Shown here: positions 38,953 through 47,589 of the stretch, in pieces | Position numbering within the stretch: the stretch's first letter is position 1 | Layout: each line of letters opens with the position of its first letter | Source: Ferroplasma sp. | GTDB lineage: Archaea; Thermoplasmatota; Thermoplasmata; Thermoplasmatales; Thermoplasmataceae | Assembly (NCBI GenBank): GCA_038729085.1 | Contig: JAVYST010000002.1 | Coordinates: 3,216-67,215 of the forward strand | Reading direction: 5' to 3' | Length of the DNA: 64,000 bases | The notes under the pieces: model-generated | The model's input: only the letters and a program-made list of their open reading frames with translations | What the model was told of the DNA's origin: nothing | Databases searched by the model: none | Made by a program: the position numbers and the translations under genes

Positions 38953-38966
38953 CGGAATTGATAACA

Positions 38967-38981
38967 TTTTTTTGAATTTTT
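38967..38981 (+). terminator. oligo-T tract TTTTTTTGAATTTTT 15 nt after the acyl-CoA synthetase stop
   Basis: A T7 run plus a T5 run immediately downstream of the stop at 38952. Confidence 0.4.
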
Positions 38982-39163
38982 ATCGGAAACATGGTTATAA
39001 ATACTATAAAATGTATAATTTTGTTTACTATTAAACATTGCTATATCGCTATATTAAATTAATATAACATTGTTTTTATCTGTAAATTTATAATTTTATA
39101 ATTCATGCCATAGTATTGTTATAATCGATATATTTAAATAGATTGTAATAGTATAGTTTTTTA

Positions 39164-39379
39164 ATGAACTCAATATTGAAGTTTATAATTTTGGGTATAC
39201 CATATTTTTTTATGGTACTTGGTGTAGGAATATATGATAGGGTCAACCCAGAAATAGGTGGGTTTCCCTTTTTCTACTGGTACCAGTTAATGTGGATATT
39301 CATAGCAGCTGGCCTGACGTTTAGTGTGTATAGCATAGAAAATGCTGAAAAGAAGAATAGCAAAAAGGTGATGCATTAA
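39164..39379 (+). CDS. DUF3311 small membrane protein (accessory subunit of sodium:solute symporters)
   Basis: 71 aa with two TM segments and the GGFPFFYWYQLMW motif. Its stop overlaps the symporter ATG (TAATG). Confidence 0.6.
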   Translation: MNSILKFIILGIPYFFMVLGVGIYDRVNPEIGGFPFFYWYQLMWIFIAAGLTFSVYSIENAEKKNSKKVMH

Positions 39380-40881
39380 TGTTCAATAATTATGACCTTG
39401 CACTGTTCTTTGCTATTATAATTGTTGTTTTATTTGCAGGTTATATGGCATATTTCTGGAGGAAGCCAAAAGATATGGATTCCCATGAAGAATGGAGCCT
39501 TGGTGGCAGGAGATTTGGAACAGTTGTAATGTGGTTCCTGCTGGGTGGCGACCTTTACACTGCATATACACTTATAGCTGTTCCAGGAGCAGCGGCAACT
39601 GGTACGATAGGTGGTGGGGCATTTGCAATGTTTGCTATTGCCTACGGTGTGATGATTTATCCAATAGTTTATGGAACAATGCCAAGGTTATGGAATGTTT
39701 CAAAGAGAAGAGGATATATCACGGCAGCTGATTTTGTCAGAGATAGGTTTTCATCCAGATTTCTGGCAATGCTTATTGCGTTGACAGGCGTTCTGGCTGA
39801 GCTTCCATATATAGCCTTGCAGATAACAGGAATAAAGTATGTGCTGGGTGCACTTTCACTGCCAATTACATTGAGCCTGATAATAGCATTCATTATGGTG
39901 GCTGGTTTTACTTTTGTGAGCGGCCTCAGAGGCCCTGCACTTACATCAATGTTGAAAGACGCAATCATATGGGCTGCTGTTCTGGTCATCATAATTTATA
40001 TACCGATGCAATTGGGCGGCTTTGGCCACATATTTGCAAAGGCAGGTACAATATCTGGTTATTACGGATTGGACATAAATCCTATAATAGCTGTAGGATA
40101 CACAAGCCTGGCTCTTGGTTCTGCACTCGCATTATTCCTTTACCCCCATGCCATAACAGGCACACTGGGCGCCAAGGATTCAAAAACTATAAGGAGGAAT
40201 GCATCGCTTCTTCCATTATATAATGTACTTTTAATGTTCGTGGCATTGGTGGGTGTTATGGCAGTTGTATATTACAATGCAGTGCCAAAGGTAAGCAGCG
40301 AAGCACTTCCAAAACTTGTGATGGCGATGTTTCCCGCATCATTTACTGCATTTGCATTTGCCGCCGTTGTAGTAGGAAGCATAGTTCCAGCTTCAATTAT
40401 GGCATTGGCCTCTGCAAATCTGCTGACCAGGAATGTATACTTAGAGTATATAAATCCAAAGGCATCAGAAAAATCACAGACAAACCTGTCAAGAGTTCTT
40501 GTAATGGCTGTAATTTTCGGCGCACTTGCATTTTCACTTATTCCAGCAGCATCAGGTGAAATAGTATATCTGCAAACAATTGGCGGTGCAATAATAATGC
40601 AGACACTTCCGGCTGTATATATGGCTTTATTTACAAGAAAATTAAACAAATATCCTGTAGGTTTGGGATGGCTGGCTGGCCTTACAACAGTAATGGTTAC
40701 ACTGGCCCAGCTTGACTTTAGTACATCTCTGTATAAAAACCTTGATTTCTTATACGTCGGAATACTGGCACTTGTGATAAATTTAGCCGTTGTAGCCATT
40801 GGAATGGGAGTAATGAAGGCAATGCATAAAATAAAAGATGAGGGCATTATAGACAACAGTGAATTTGAAGATGTAGAGTAA
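39379..40881 (+). CDS. sodium:solute symporter family (SSS) transporter, likely monocarboxylate-type
   Basis: 500 aa with about 13 TM segments. SSF-like N-terminus (W.LGGR.FG, GGD.YTAYT). Paired with DUF3311. Confidence 0.8.
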   Translation: MFNNYDLALFFAIIIVVLFAGYMAYFWRKPKDMDSHEEWSLGGRRFGTVVMWFLLGGDLYTAYTLIAVPGAAATGTIGGGAFAMFAIAYGVMIYPIVYGTMPRLWNVSKRRGYITAADFVRDRFSSRFLAMLIALTGVLAELPYIALQITGIKYVLGALSLPITLSLIIAFIMVAGFTFVSGLRGPALTSMLKDAIIWAAVLVIIIYIPMQLGGFGHIFAKAGTISGYYGLDINPIIAVGYTSLALGSALALFLYPHAITGTLGAKDSKTIRRNASLLPLYNVLLMFVALVGVMAVVYYNAVPKVSSEALPKLVMAMFPASFTAFAFAAVVVGSIVPASIMALASANLLTRNVYLEYINPKASEKSQTNLSRVLVMAVIFGALAFSLIPAASGEIVYLQTIGGAIIMQTLPAVYMALFTRKLNKYPVGLGWLAGLTTVMVTLAQLDFSTSLYKNLDFLYVGILALVINLAVVAIGMGVMKAMHKIKDEGIIDNSEFEDVE

Positions 40882-40890
40882 AAAAATTTA

Positions 40891-42840
40891 TTATTTATTT
40901 TCGATCATATTTTTTATTTTATTTAGATTTTCAACAAAATATTTTAAAGATTCAGGATTTTGAATAGAACTATTATTTACAGCTATGGAAACGTCAATGC
41001 CTTTTAATATATTTTTAACTGGCAATTCCATTTTCTTGCCATTCAATGTTTTCGGTATATCAGGCACATCATAAATATAATCTGGAACGTGCCTTGGGCT
41101 GAGCTGGCTGGCCAGTTCATGTTTTATAGTTTTTTTCAGATCCTCTGTCAATAATGAACCATTATCAAGCTTGACAAACAGGATAAATACATATTTTTCT
41201 GAAAGTTCAAGGCCAACAGCCAGAGAATCATTTATGCCATTTATTTTTTCAAGGACAGAATATATCTCCGCTGTTCCTATTCGTATCCCATTTCTATTCA
41301 ATACAGCATCTGATCTTCCGCTTATAATAACTCCACCATCAGAGTTAATAGTTATAAAATCCCCATGCCGCCATATGCCCGGATAATAGGAGTAATAGCT
41401 TTCATAATATCGCTTTTTGCCAGGGTCATTCCAGAAAAATACAGGCATGGAAGGTATAGAATTAAGTATAACCATCTCTCCAGGCTTATTATATACAGAA
41501 ATGCCATCATTGTCAAATGATTGTATATTTACCCCTAGCCCGCGGCACTGAATTTCTCCTGAATGGACTGGAAGTATAGGAGCGCCAGCACAGACTGCAG
41601 AGCATATATCAGTTCCACCACTCAATGAAGAAAGCCATACATTCTTTTTTACATTTTCATAAATATAATTAAATCCGCTACTTGATAATGGGCTTCCAGT
41701 AGAACCGATAAAATATAGTTTGTCCAGCTTAAATTTCTTTCCAGGGTTAATATTATTCTTTATGCATGCATCAATAAATGCTGCGCTTATGCCAAGGTGG
41801 GTCAGGTTGTATTTATCTGCCATTCGCCATACAGCGTAATCGTCAGGGTATCCTGGATTCCCATTATAAAGGAATATGGTTGAACCCATAATCAAACCGC
41901 TTGCAAGAACATTCCACATCATCCATCCAGTTGTGGTAATCCATGTAAATTTGCTTTCTTCGGAGATATCCATATGCATGCCTAAAAGCTTGAAGTGTTC
42001 CAGGACAATGCCTCCGTGGCTGTGGACAATTGCCTTTGGTTTGCCTGTTGTACCGGAAGAATAGAGGACCCAGAGTGGGTGTGAAAACTCCATCGCCTCT
42101 GGAATAAATTCATTTTCTGCTTTTTCAATATTATCAATATCGATAAAATTGTCCAATTTTATATTTCCTGTTGATATTGCCACAGATATATTGGGAAGTG
42201 AATTATATAGCTCAGTGCAGACGTCAGAGCGGTCATAGAGCTTTCCACCATAATAATATGATGGAGATACTATAAGCACTGATGGATTGATCTGTGAGAA
42301 GCGGTCAATCACGCCTTTTTTTCCAAAATCTGTTGAACATGAAGAGTATATGGCACCGATGGATGCAGCAGCAAGAAAGGATATAATAGCCTCAGGAATA
42401 TTAGAAATGTATGCTGCAACGGTATCTCCCTTCTTTATTCCAGACTTTTTAAGGAAAAAGGCAAGGGAGCTCACCTTCTTCCATAATTCACTGTAGGATA
42501 TTTTCTGATAATTTCCCATTTCGTCAAGAGATTCTATAGCAGTTTTATCTAAATTTCTATTTTTATAAACGTAATATGAGTAATTTAAGTATGAACCTTT
42601 AAACCACACTGTATTTACGTTGGATCCTTCTATGACATGAGAATAATTGCCCAGATGGATGTTAAAAAAATTGGAAAGGCCAACCCAGAAACTATCCTGA
42701 TCTTTTATGGAAAAATTCCAAAGTTCCTCATAACTGGTTAATTTTAATCCATATTGCCTATTTATGAATCCAATAAATTTATGCATCCTGGAATTTATTA
42801 TAATGCTTTTATCTGGTTTCCACAGTATCTGATTTTCCAT
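40891..42840 (-). CDS. acetoacetyl-CoA synthetase (acetoacetate-CoA ligase)
   Basis: 649 aa. The N-terminal ILWKPDKSIIINSRMHKFIGFINRQYGLKLTSYEELWNFSI pattern is typical of AACS. Also YSSGTTGKPK and a C-terminal PKTLNGKKMELPVK. Confidence 0.85.
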   Translation of the reverse strand: MENQILWKPDKSIIINSRMHKFIGFINRQYGLKLTSYEELWNFSIKDQDSFWVGLSNFFNIHLGNYSHVIEGSNVNTVWFKGSYLNYSYYVYKNRNLDKTAIESLDEMGNYQKISYSELWKKVSSLAFFLKKSGIKKGDTVAAYISNIPEAIISFLAAASIGAIYSSCSTDFGKKGVIDRFSQINPSVLIVSPSYYYGGKLYDRSDVCTELYNSLPNISVAISTGNIKLDNFIDIDNIEKAENEFIPEAMEFSHPLWVLYSSGTTGKPKAIVHSHGGIVLEHFKLLGMHMDISEESKFTWITTTGWMMWNVLASGLIMGSTIFLYNGNPGYPDDYAVWRMADKYNLTHLGISAAFIDACIKNNINPGKKFKLDKLYFIGSTGSPLSSSGFNYIYENVKKNVWLSSLSGGTDICSAVCAGAPILPVHSGEIQCRGLGVNIQSFDNDGISVYNKPGEMVILNSIPSMPVFFWNDPGKKRYYESYYSYYPGIWRHGDFITINSDGGVIISGRSDAVLNRNGIRIGTAEIYSVLEKINGINDSLAVGLELSEKYVFILFVKLDNGSLLTEDLKKTIKHELASQLSPRHVPDYIYDVPDIPKTLNGKKMELPVKNILKGIDVSIAVNNSSIQNPESLKYFVENLNKIKNMIENK

Positions 42841-43056
42841 TTATGAAAAAGCCATATCTATATATAAAATTTCTTATATGTACTTCAATCAGGAGTGTTC
42901 ACAATGAATCCTAGAACCAATTTAATGCGCAATGCAAGAGTAGAGCATAGTTTAAACTACTTGAAATGTTTCACTGTTATTCAGTATGCGTGTTAATATC
43001 TATCTTAATTATAAGCTTATAGATATGCTTATATATAGTGATGATAATAACAATAT
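42841..43056. promoter_or_regulatory. divergent control region between the acetoacetyl-CoA synthetase gene and the homogentisate operon
   Basis: 216 bp. TATA-like tatatataaa (42859-42868) lies about 24 nt from the AACS start, and cttatatata (43028-43037) lies about 24 nt from the HPPD ATG. Confidence 0.45.
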
Positions 43057-44136
43057 ATGTATAGCGAAGAAAACCTGTTTAAAAAAATTGGATATGTAGA
43101 GTTTTATGTAAACAGCGCAAAAACATGGGCATATTATATGGAAAAAGGATTTGGCATGGATTTAACCGGTTACTCCGGCCTTGAAACAGGGATAAGGGAC
43201 AGAACATCGTATATGTTGAAAAAAGGCGATATTAAGCTTGTGTTCACCAGTTCCCTGAAAGAAAATACTGAAATTACAGATTCCATAGTAAAACATGGAG
43301 ATGGAGTCAGGGATATAGTACTGGAAGTTGATGATATAGATTATACAAAAAAGAACCTTGAATCGAATAATGTTAAAGTTTCTGCAATAAGTGAGGATAA
43401 GGATAGCAACGGAAAAATCAGAAAAGCAAGGATTAAAACATATGGGGATACTGTTCATACATTGCTTGAAAAGGGTGATTATAAGGGCTTCTTGCCACAT
43501 TACAAAGATATGTATGGAAAGTCTATGGATTCTGGGCTTTATTTTACAGATCATGTAGTTGGAAATGTGAATGAAGGAGAAATGGACCAATGGGCAAATT
43601 ATTACATAAAGAATATGAATTTTCACCAGCTTATTACCTTTGACGATAAGGATATCAGGACTGATTATTCTGCACTCCGATCAAAGGTCGTAAAATATAA
43701 TGATAATATAGTCTTTCCAATAAATGAACCGGCCAGAGGGCTTAAAAAATCACAGATACAGGAATATATTGATTTTTATAATTCGCCAGGCGTTCAGCAT
43801 ATAGCCCTCAAAACTGACAATATTATAAAAACAGTAACAATGTTAAGGGAAAATGGAGTTGAATTCCTGCCAACTCCTGTTTCTTATTATGATAATTTAT
43901 TGGAGAGGGTTGGAAGCCTGGATGAAGATATAGAGAAATTAAAAGAGCTCAATATACTTGTAGATAGGGACAGTGATGGTTATCTACTTCAAATTTTCAC
44001 AAAACCTGTTACAGACAGGCCAACATTTTTCTTTGAGGTCATACAGCGGAAGGGGGCAAAATCATTTGGAGCTGGCAATTTTAAAGCGCTTTTTGAATCT
44101 ATTGAGAGGGAACAGGCTGAAAGAGGAAATTTATGA
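43057..44136 (+). CDS. hppD: 4-hydroxyphenylpyruvate dioxygenase
   Basis: 359 aa. GVQHIALKTDNI, LLQIFTKP...RPTFFFEVIQRKG...FGAGNFKALFESIEREQAERGNL are hallmark HPPD C-terminal blocks. Confidence 0.92.
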   Translation: MYSEENLFKKIGYVEFYVNSAKTWAYYMEKGFGMDLTGYSGLETGIRDRTSYMLKKGDIKLVFTSSLKENTEITDSIVKHGDGVRDIVLEVDDIDYTKKNLESNNVKVSAISEDKDSNGKIRKARIKTYGDTVHTLLEKGDYKGFLPHYKDMYGKSMDSGLYFTDHVVGNVNEGEMDQWANYYIKNMNFHQLITFDDKDIRTDYSALRSKVVKYNDNIVFPINEPARGLKKSQIQEYIDFYNSPGVQHIALKTDNIIKTVTMLRENGVEFLPTPVSYYDNLLERVGSLDEDIEKLKELNILVDRDSDGYLLQIFTKPVTDRPTFFFEVIQRKGAKSFGAGNFKALFESIEREQAERGNL

Positions 44137-45020
44137 AGATATGCAGGATTAAAGCGGAAAACATGGAATATTTCTGCATATACAATGATGGAAAACTGTA
44201 TGACCTATCTGTTCTCTTGAAAATGGAATATCAGAAAATTTATGATGGCTTTTATAACCTATACGATAAAATTACATCCCTTAAACTGGATAGCAATGCG
44301 ATTATAAAGCCGGAATCATTTTCATATATGATTCCAATTCCAGGCATGAGATCAGTGAGAGATTTTTATTCTTTTGAAGACCATGTTAAAAATGCAAGGA
44401 AAAATAAAGGGCTTGGTATGATTCCAGAATGGTATAAATTTCCGGTATTCTATTTTTCATGCACGCCAAATGTATATCCATCAGATTCTGAAATAAAATA
44501 TCCTGAAAAGAGCAGTGCATTTGATTATGAAATGGAGATTGCGGCTGTTATTGGAAACACAGTGAAAGACTGCCATAAGAATTGCATTGATTCTATTTTT
44601 GGCTTTATTATAATGAATGACTGGAGCCTTCGCGATATACAGAAAGAAGAAATGAAAGTAATGCTTGGCCCTGCAAAAGGGAAGGATTACGCCACATCCT
44701 TTGGCAGATATCTTGTTACACGGGATGAAATTATGCTTAGAATGGAGAAAGGGAAAATAGACCTTGATTTAAGGGCTTATGTCAATGGCAAATTATATTC
44801 ATCCAATAACCTCAAAAACATCTATTACAGCTTCGACCAGATGCTGGAACGTGCTTCAGAGTCAGTGCCATTGCTTCCTGGTGATGTGATTGGCAGCGGG
44901 ACATTTGGCACAGGTTGCATACTTGAGCTTGGCGCCGATAAGTATGGCTGGCTGAAAAAAGGCGATAATGTAAGTTTGGAATCATCAGTAGCTGGTGAAT
45001 GCATTAACAGGGTGGTATGA
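44133..45020 (+). CDS. fumarylacetoacetate hydrolase (FAH) family protein, short COG0179 type
   Basis: 295 aa. FAH-fold blocks are present (DYEMEIAAVIG, NDWSLRDIQ, GDVIGSGT). The ATG overlaps the HPPD stop (ATGA), and GAGG lies 6 nt upstream. Confidence 0.8.
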   Translation: MKICRIKAENMEYFCIYNDGKLYDLSVLLKMEYQKIYDGFYNLYDKITSLKLDSNAIIKPESFSYMIPIPGMRSVRDFYSFEDHVKNARKNKGLGMIPEWYKFPVFYFSCTPNVYPSDSEIKYPEKSSAFDYEMEIAAVIGNTVKDCHKNCIDSIFGFIIMNDWSLRDIQKEEMKVMLGPAKGKDYATSFGRYLVTRDEIMLRMEKGKIDLDLRAYVNGKLYSSNNLKNIYYSFDQMLERASESVPLLPGDVIGSGTFGTGCILELGADKYGWLKKGDNVSLESSVAGECINRVV

Positions 45021-46159
45021 TGGTTTATTATATTAGAATGGGTGAAATACCTGAAAAAAGGCATACGTATATAAAAAAAGAGAATGTTTTTAAGGAAGAG
45101 TTGTTTGGCTTATCTGGCTTCGAAGGGCGATATTCCCTGCTATACCATATATTTGATCCAGCAGAAGTTGATAGCGAAGAAACTGAAGAAATTGAAAAAA
45201 TAGCAATCAACGATAAAGCTGAGCACAGGCATATTCAGGCGGGGAAGCTTCCAGAAGAGGGCAATTTTTATACAGGAAGGCAGATACTTTTCAAGAACTG
45301 CGATACATCTACGGGAATTATTTATACAGAAAAAAATACTGATGAATATTTCAGAAATGCAATCTGCGATGAGGTTTTCTTTGTCCAGTCAGGGAGGGGA
45401 TTCGTAGAAAGTGCATTTGGCAAACTTAAATTCAGGCCAGGCGATTTTATCTTCATACCGAAAGGAACTACATACAGGACAAAAATTGATGAAAAAATAT
45501 ATGTGTTTTTTGTCCAATCCTCTGACCATATAAACATACCTGAAAGATATATGAATCCATATGGCCAGATCAAGGAAGGCATACCATACTATACAAGAGA
45601 TATAAAAGTTCCAGAGTTTCAGAAAGCACAGAACATTGCCGGTGAATATAAAATAAGGGTATATTATGGTGACAGGTATATTAATTATAGAAGGAAAAAT
45701 CCAGTATTTGACCTGGTAGGCTATGATGGTTATCTATATCCATTTACATTGAATATAGAGAATATTGCGCCTATAGTAGGAAAATTGCATATGCCACCGC
45801 CTGTACATGAAATATTTGAATCTAAAAAGTTCATGATCGGTGCGTTCCTTCCCCGGCCATTTGATTTTGATTCCAATGCAATACCTGTTCCATATGCGCA
45901 TAACAATATTGATTCTGATGAACTGATATTCTATTCATCAGGGAATTTTATGAGCAGAAAGGGCATAGGCACCAGATCAATAACAATGCACGTTCATGGA
46001 ATGATCCATGGGCCTCAGCCGGGCATAATAGAAAACAGCATAGGTGCCAGAAAAACAGATGAGGTAGCAATAATGGTTGAATCTTATAAATGGCTTGATG
46101 CTACAGAGAAAGCCGAGAAGGTAAAGGATAATAATTATAAATATTCGTGGAAATATTAA
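45017..46159 (+). CDS. hmgA: homogentisate 1,2-dioxygenase (short ~380-aa form)
   Basis: 380 aa. GEIPEKRHT...EELFGLSGFEGRYSLLYH and the cupin core resemble the short bacterial/archaeal HGD form. The ATG overlaps the FAH stop. Confidence 0.75.
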   Translation: MMVYYIRMGEIPEKRHTYIKKENVFKEELFGLSGFEGRYSLLYHIFDPAEVDSEETEEIEKIAINDKAEHRHIQAGKLPEEGNFYTGRQILFKNCDTSTGIIYTEKNTDEYFRNAICDEVFFVQSGRGFVESAFGKLKFRPGDFIFIPKGTTYRTKIDEKIYVFFVQSSDHINIPERYMNPYGQIKEGIPYYTRDIKVPEFQKAQNIAGEYKIRVYYGDRYINYRRKNPVFDLVGYDGYLYPFTLNIENIAPIVGKLHMPPPVHEIFESKKFMIGAFLPRPFDFDSNAIPVPYAHNNIDSDELIFYSSGNFMSRKGIGTRSITMHVHGMIHGPQPGIIENSIGARKTDEVAIMVESYKWLDATEKAEKVKDNNYKYSWKY

Positions 46160-46162
46160 AAA

Positions 46163-46834
46163 TTATTTATGGTCTGCAAGGCCCAGCCAGAACTTCTCTT
46201 CAAGATCCAGTATTGACCTTGCTCCCCCAATAAATTTATTTTTTTCATCATTGCTATGTATTCCAATTATATTTTCCATTGCATCTTCATGCTGTGATTC
46301 AATTTCCCTGTGGAATGTGAAATATAGCATATCCATATTATGATATTTTCTTTTCTTCATAATTTCAAGGCCAGGAAGCAGTTTATCCCACATAGGTATT
46401 GCCATATTCTCAAGTGCGAATTCCGCACCAAGGGCATGCGCATGATCTGATGAAAAATAATCCCTCATTCCATCAAGCCATGCCTTTGTTGTTGGTAGCT
46501 GGGCCCTCTTTACAAGAGAAGCTGCATCCATTCCAATAGATTTCAAATAGCGCCTGTACAGAAGTTCATGCCTCTTGGCCGGGTCTCCTGTACCCAGCTC
46601 AGAAACCAATATGCCTGTCAATTCGTAAGCATCTTTCTCATCTTCAGTATTAACAAGCAATTTTGCAAGAATTTCTGGCCATTCTCGAGTAAAATGGTAA
46701 AACTCAATAGAGAACCGTTCAAATTCGCTGTCTGTTATATCGCCTCTTGAAAATCTGTCAAGAAAACTATTGTCTGTTGCAGCATGCGACTTTACTATAT
46801 CTTTTATTTCATGATAAAAGTTTGATGTTTGCAT
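46163..46834 (-). CDS. heme-oxygenase-like diiron (HDO; PqqC/TenA/CADD-like, Haem_oxygenas_2) protein
   Basis: 223 aa, all-helical. Candidate ligand motifs are SELGTGDPAKRHE, ALGAEFALEN and FHREIESQHED. Confidence 0.5.
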   Translation of the reverse strand: MQTSNFYHEIKDIVKSHAATDNSFLDRFSRGDITDSEFERFSIEFYHFTREWPEILAKLLVNTEDEKDAYELTGILVSELGTGDPAKRHELLYRRYLKSIGMDAASLVKRAQLPTTKAWLDGMRDYFSSDHAHALGAEFALENMAIPMWDKLLPGLEIMKKRKYHNMDMLYFTFHREIESQHEDAMENIIGIHSNDEKNKFIGGARSILDLEEKFWLGLADHK

Positions 46835-47589
46835 TATTATAAATATAATAAAACATATTTAAGCTTTTCCCAAAAGACGTTATTAATATAAAACGCACTG
46901 ATAAATATTAGGCTTTCTCATACTATTTTGTGTATTGCCCTGATATTATGGTATTCTGATAATTGATGCAATATTATATTGCTATAGATTATCAGAAATT
47001 AAGGGAAGAAAGTTGAAAAATATAGGCTTGAATCAAAGCTTGAGCCATATTTAATGGAAATAGGAAAGCTGGCAAATTAATATTTAATAAAAAAAATTAG
47101 AAGTGCCAGGCATAAGTTTTTCATAGTAGATGAATGAAGAGAGAACAATCATGGCTAAAAGTACAGTACAAAGATCTATTTTCTGGCTTCAAGTGATTGT
47201 TTGGCGAGGCAACAATGACAGTTAAACCTGGATATATGCCCCAGAACTTGAATCAAATAGATATTTCGCAGCGAATTCAAAAAATTAAAGGATGTTAATA
47301 TATTATGCAACGTTCTATCAATATAATTATAAATGAACGCAAATAAATCAAAATTAGATAATTATGATGGCTTGGCCCAGCCAGGCGATCGCAAAATAGC
47401 ATCCTTCCAATTCTTATAATTTTCAGAAATGGCATATAATCCCTTCTTTATACTGTATATTTGGCCTACCAGCACTTATCATGTATATCATTTAAACATA
47501 ACTGTACAGATCCCTTATCTGCTTATAATTCAAACAAATTTTAAGTGGTGCTTTCGCAAACATTAAATAACATTCTTTGATGCGTTAAA

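Noticed and set aside
40272-40856. 194-aa antisense ORF opposite the SSS transporter (similarly 39669-39992, 60008-60430, 30946-31293, 23789-24298, 22997-23452, 3789-4208)
   Set aside because: All lie antisense to well-supported genes and lack any family signature.
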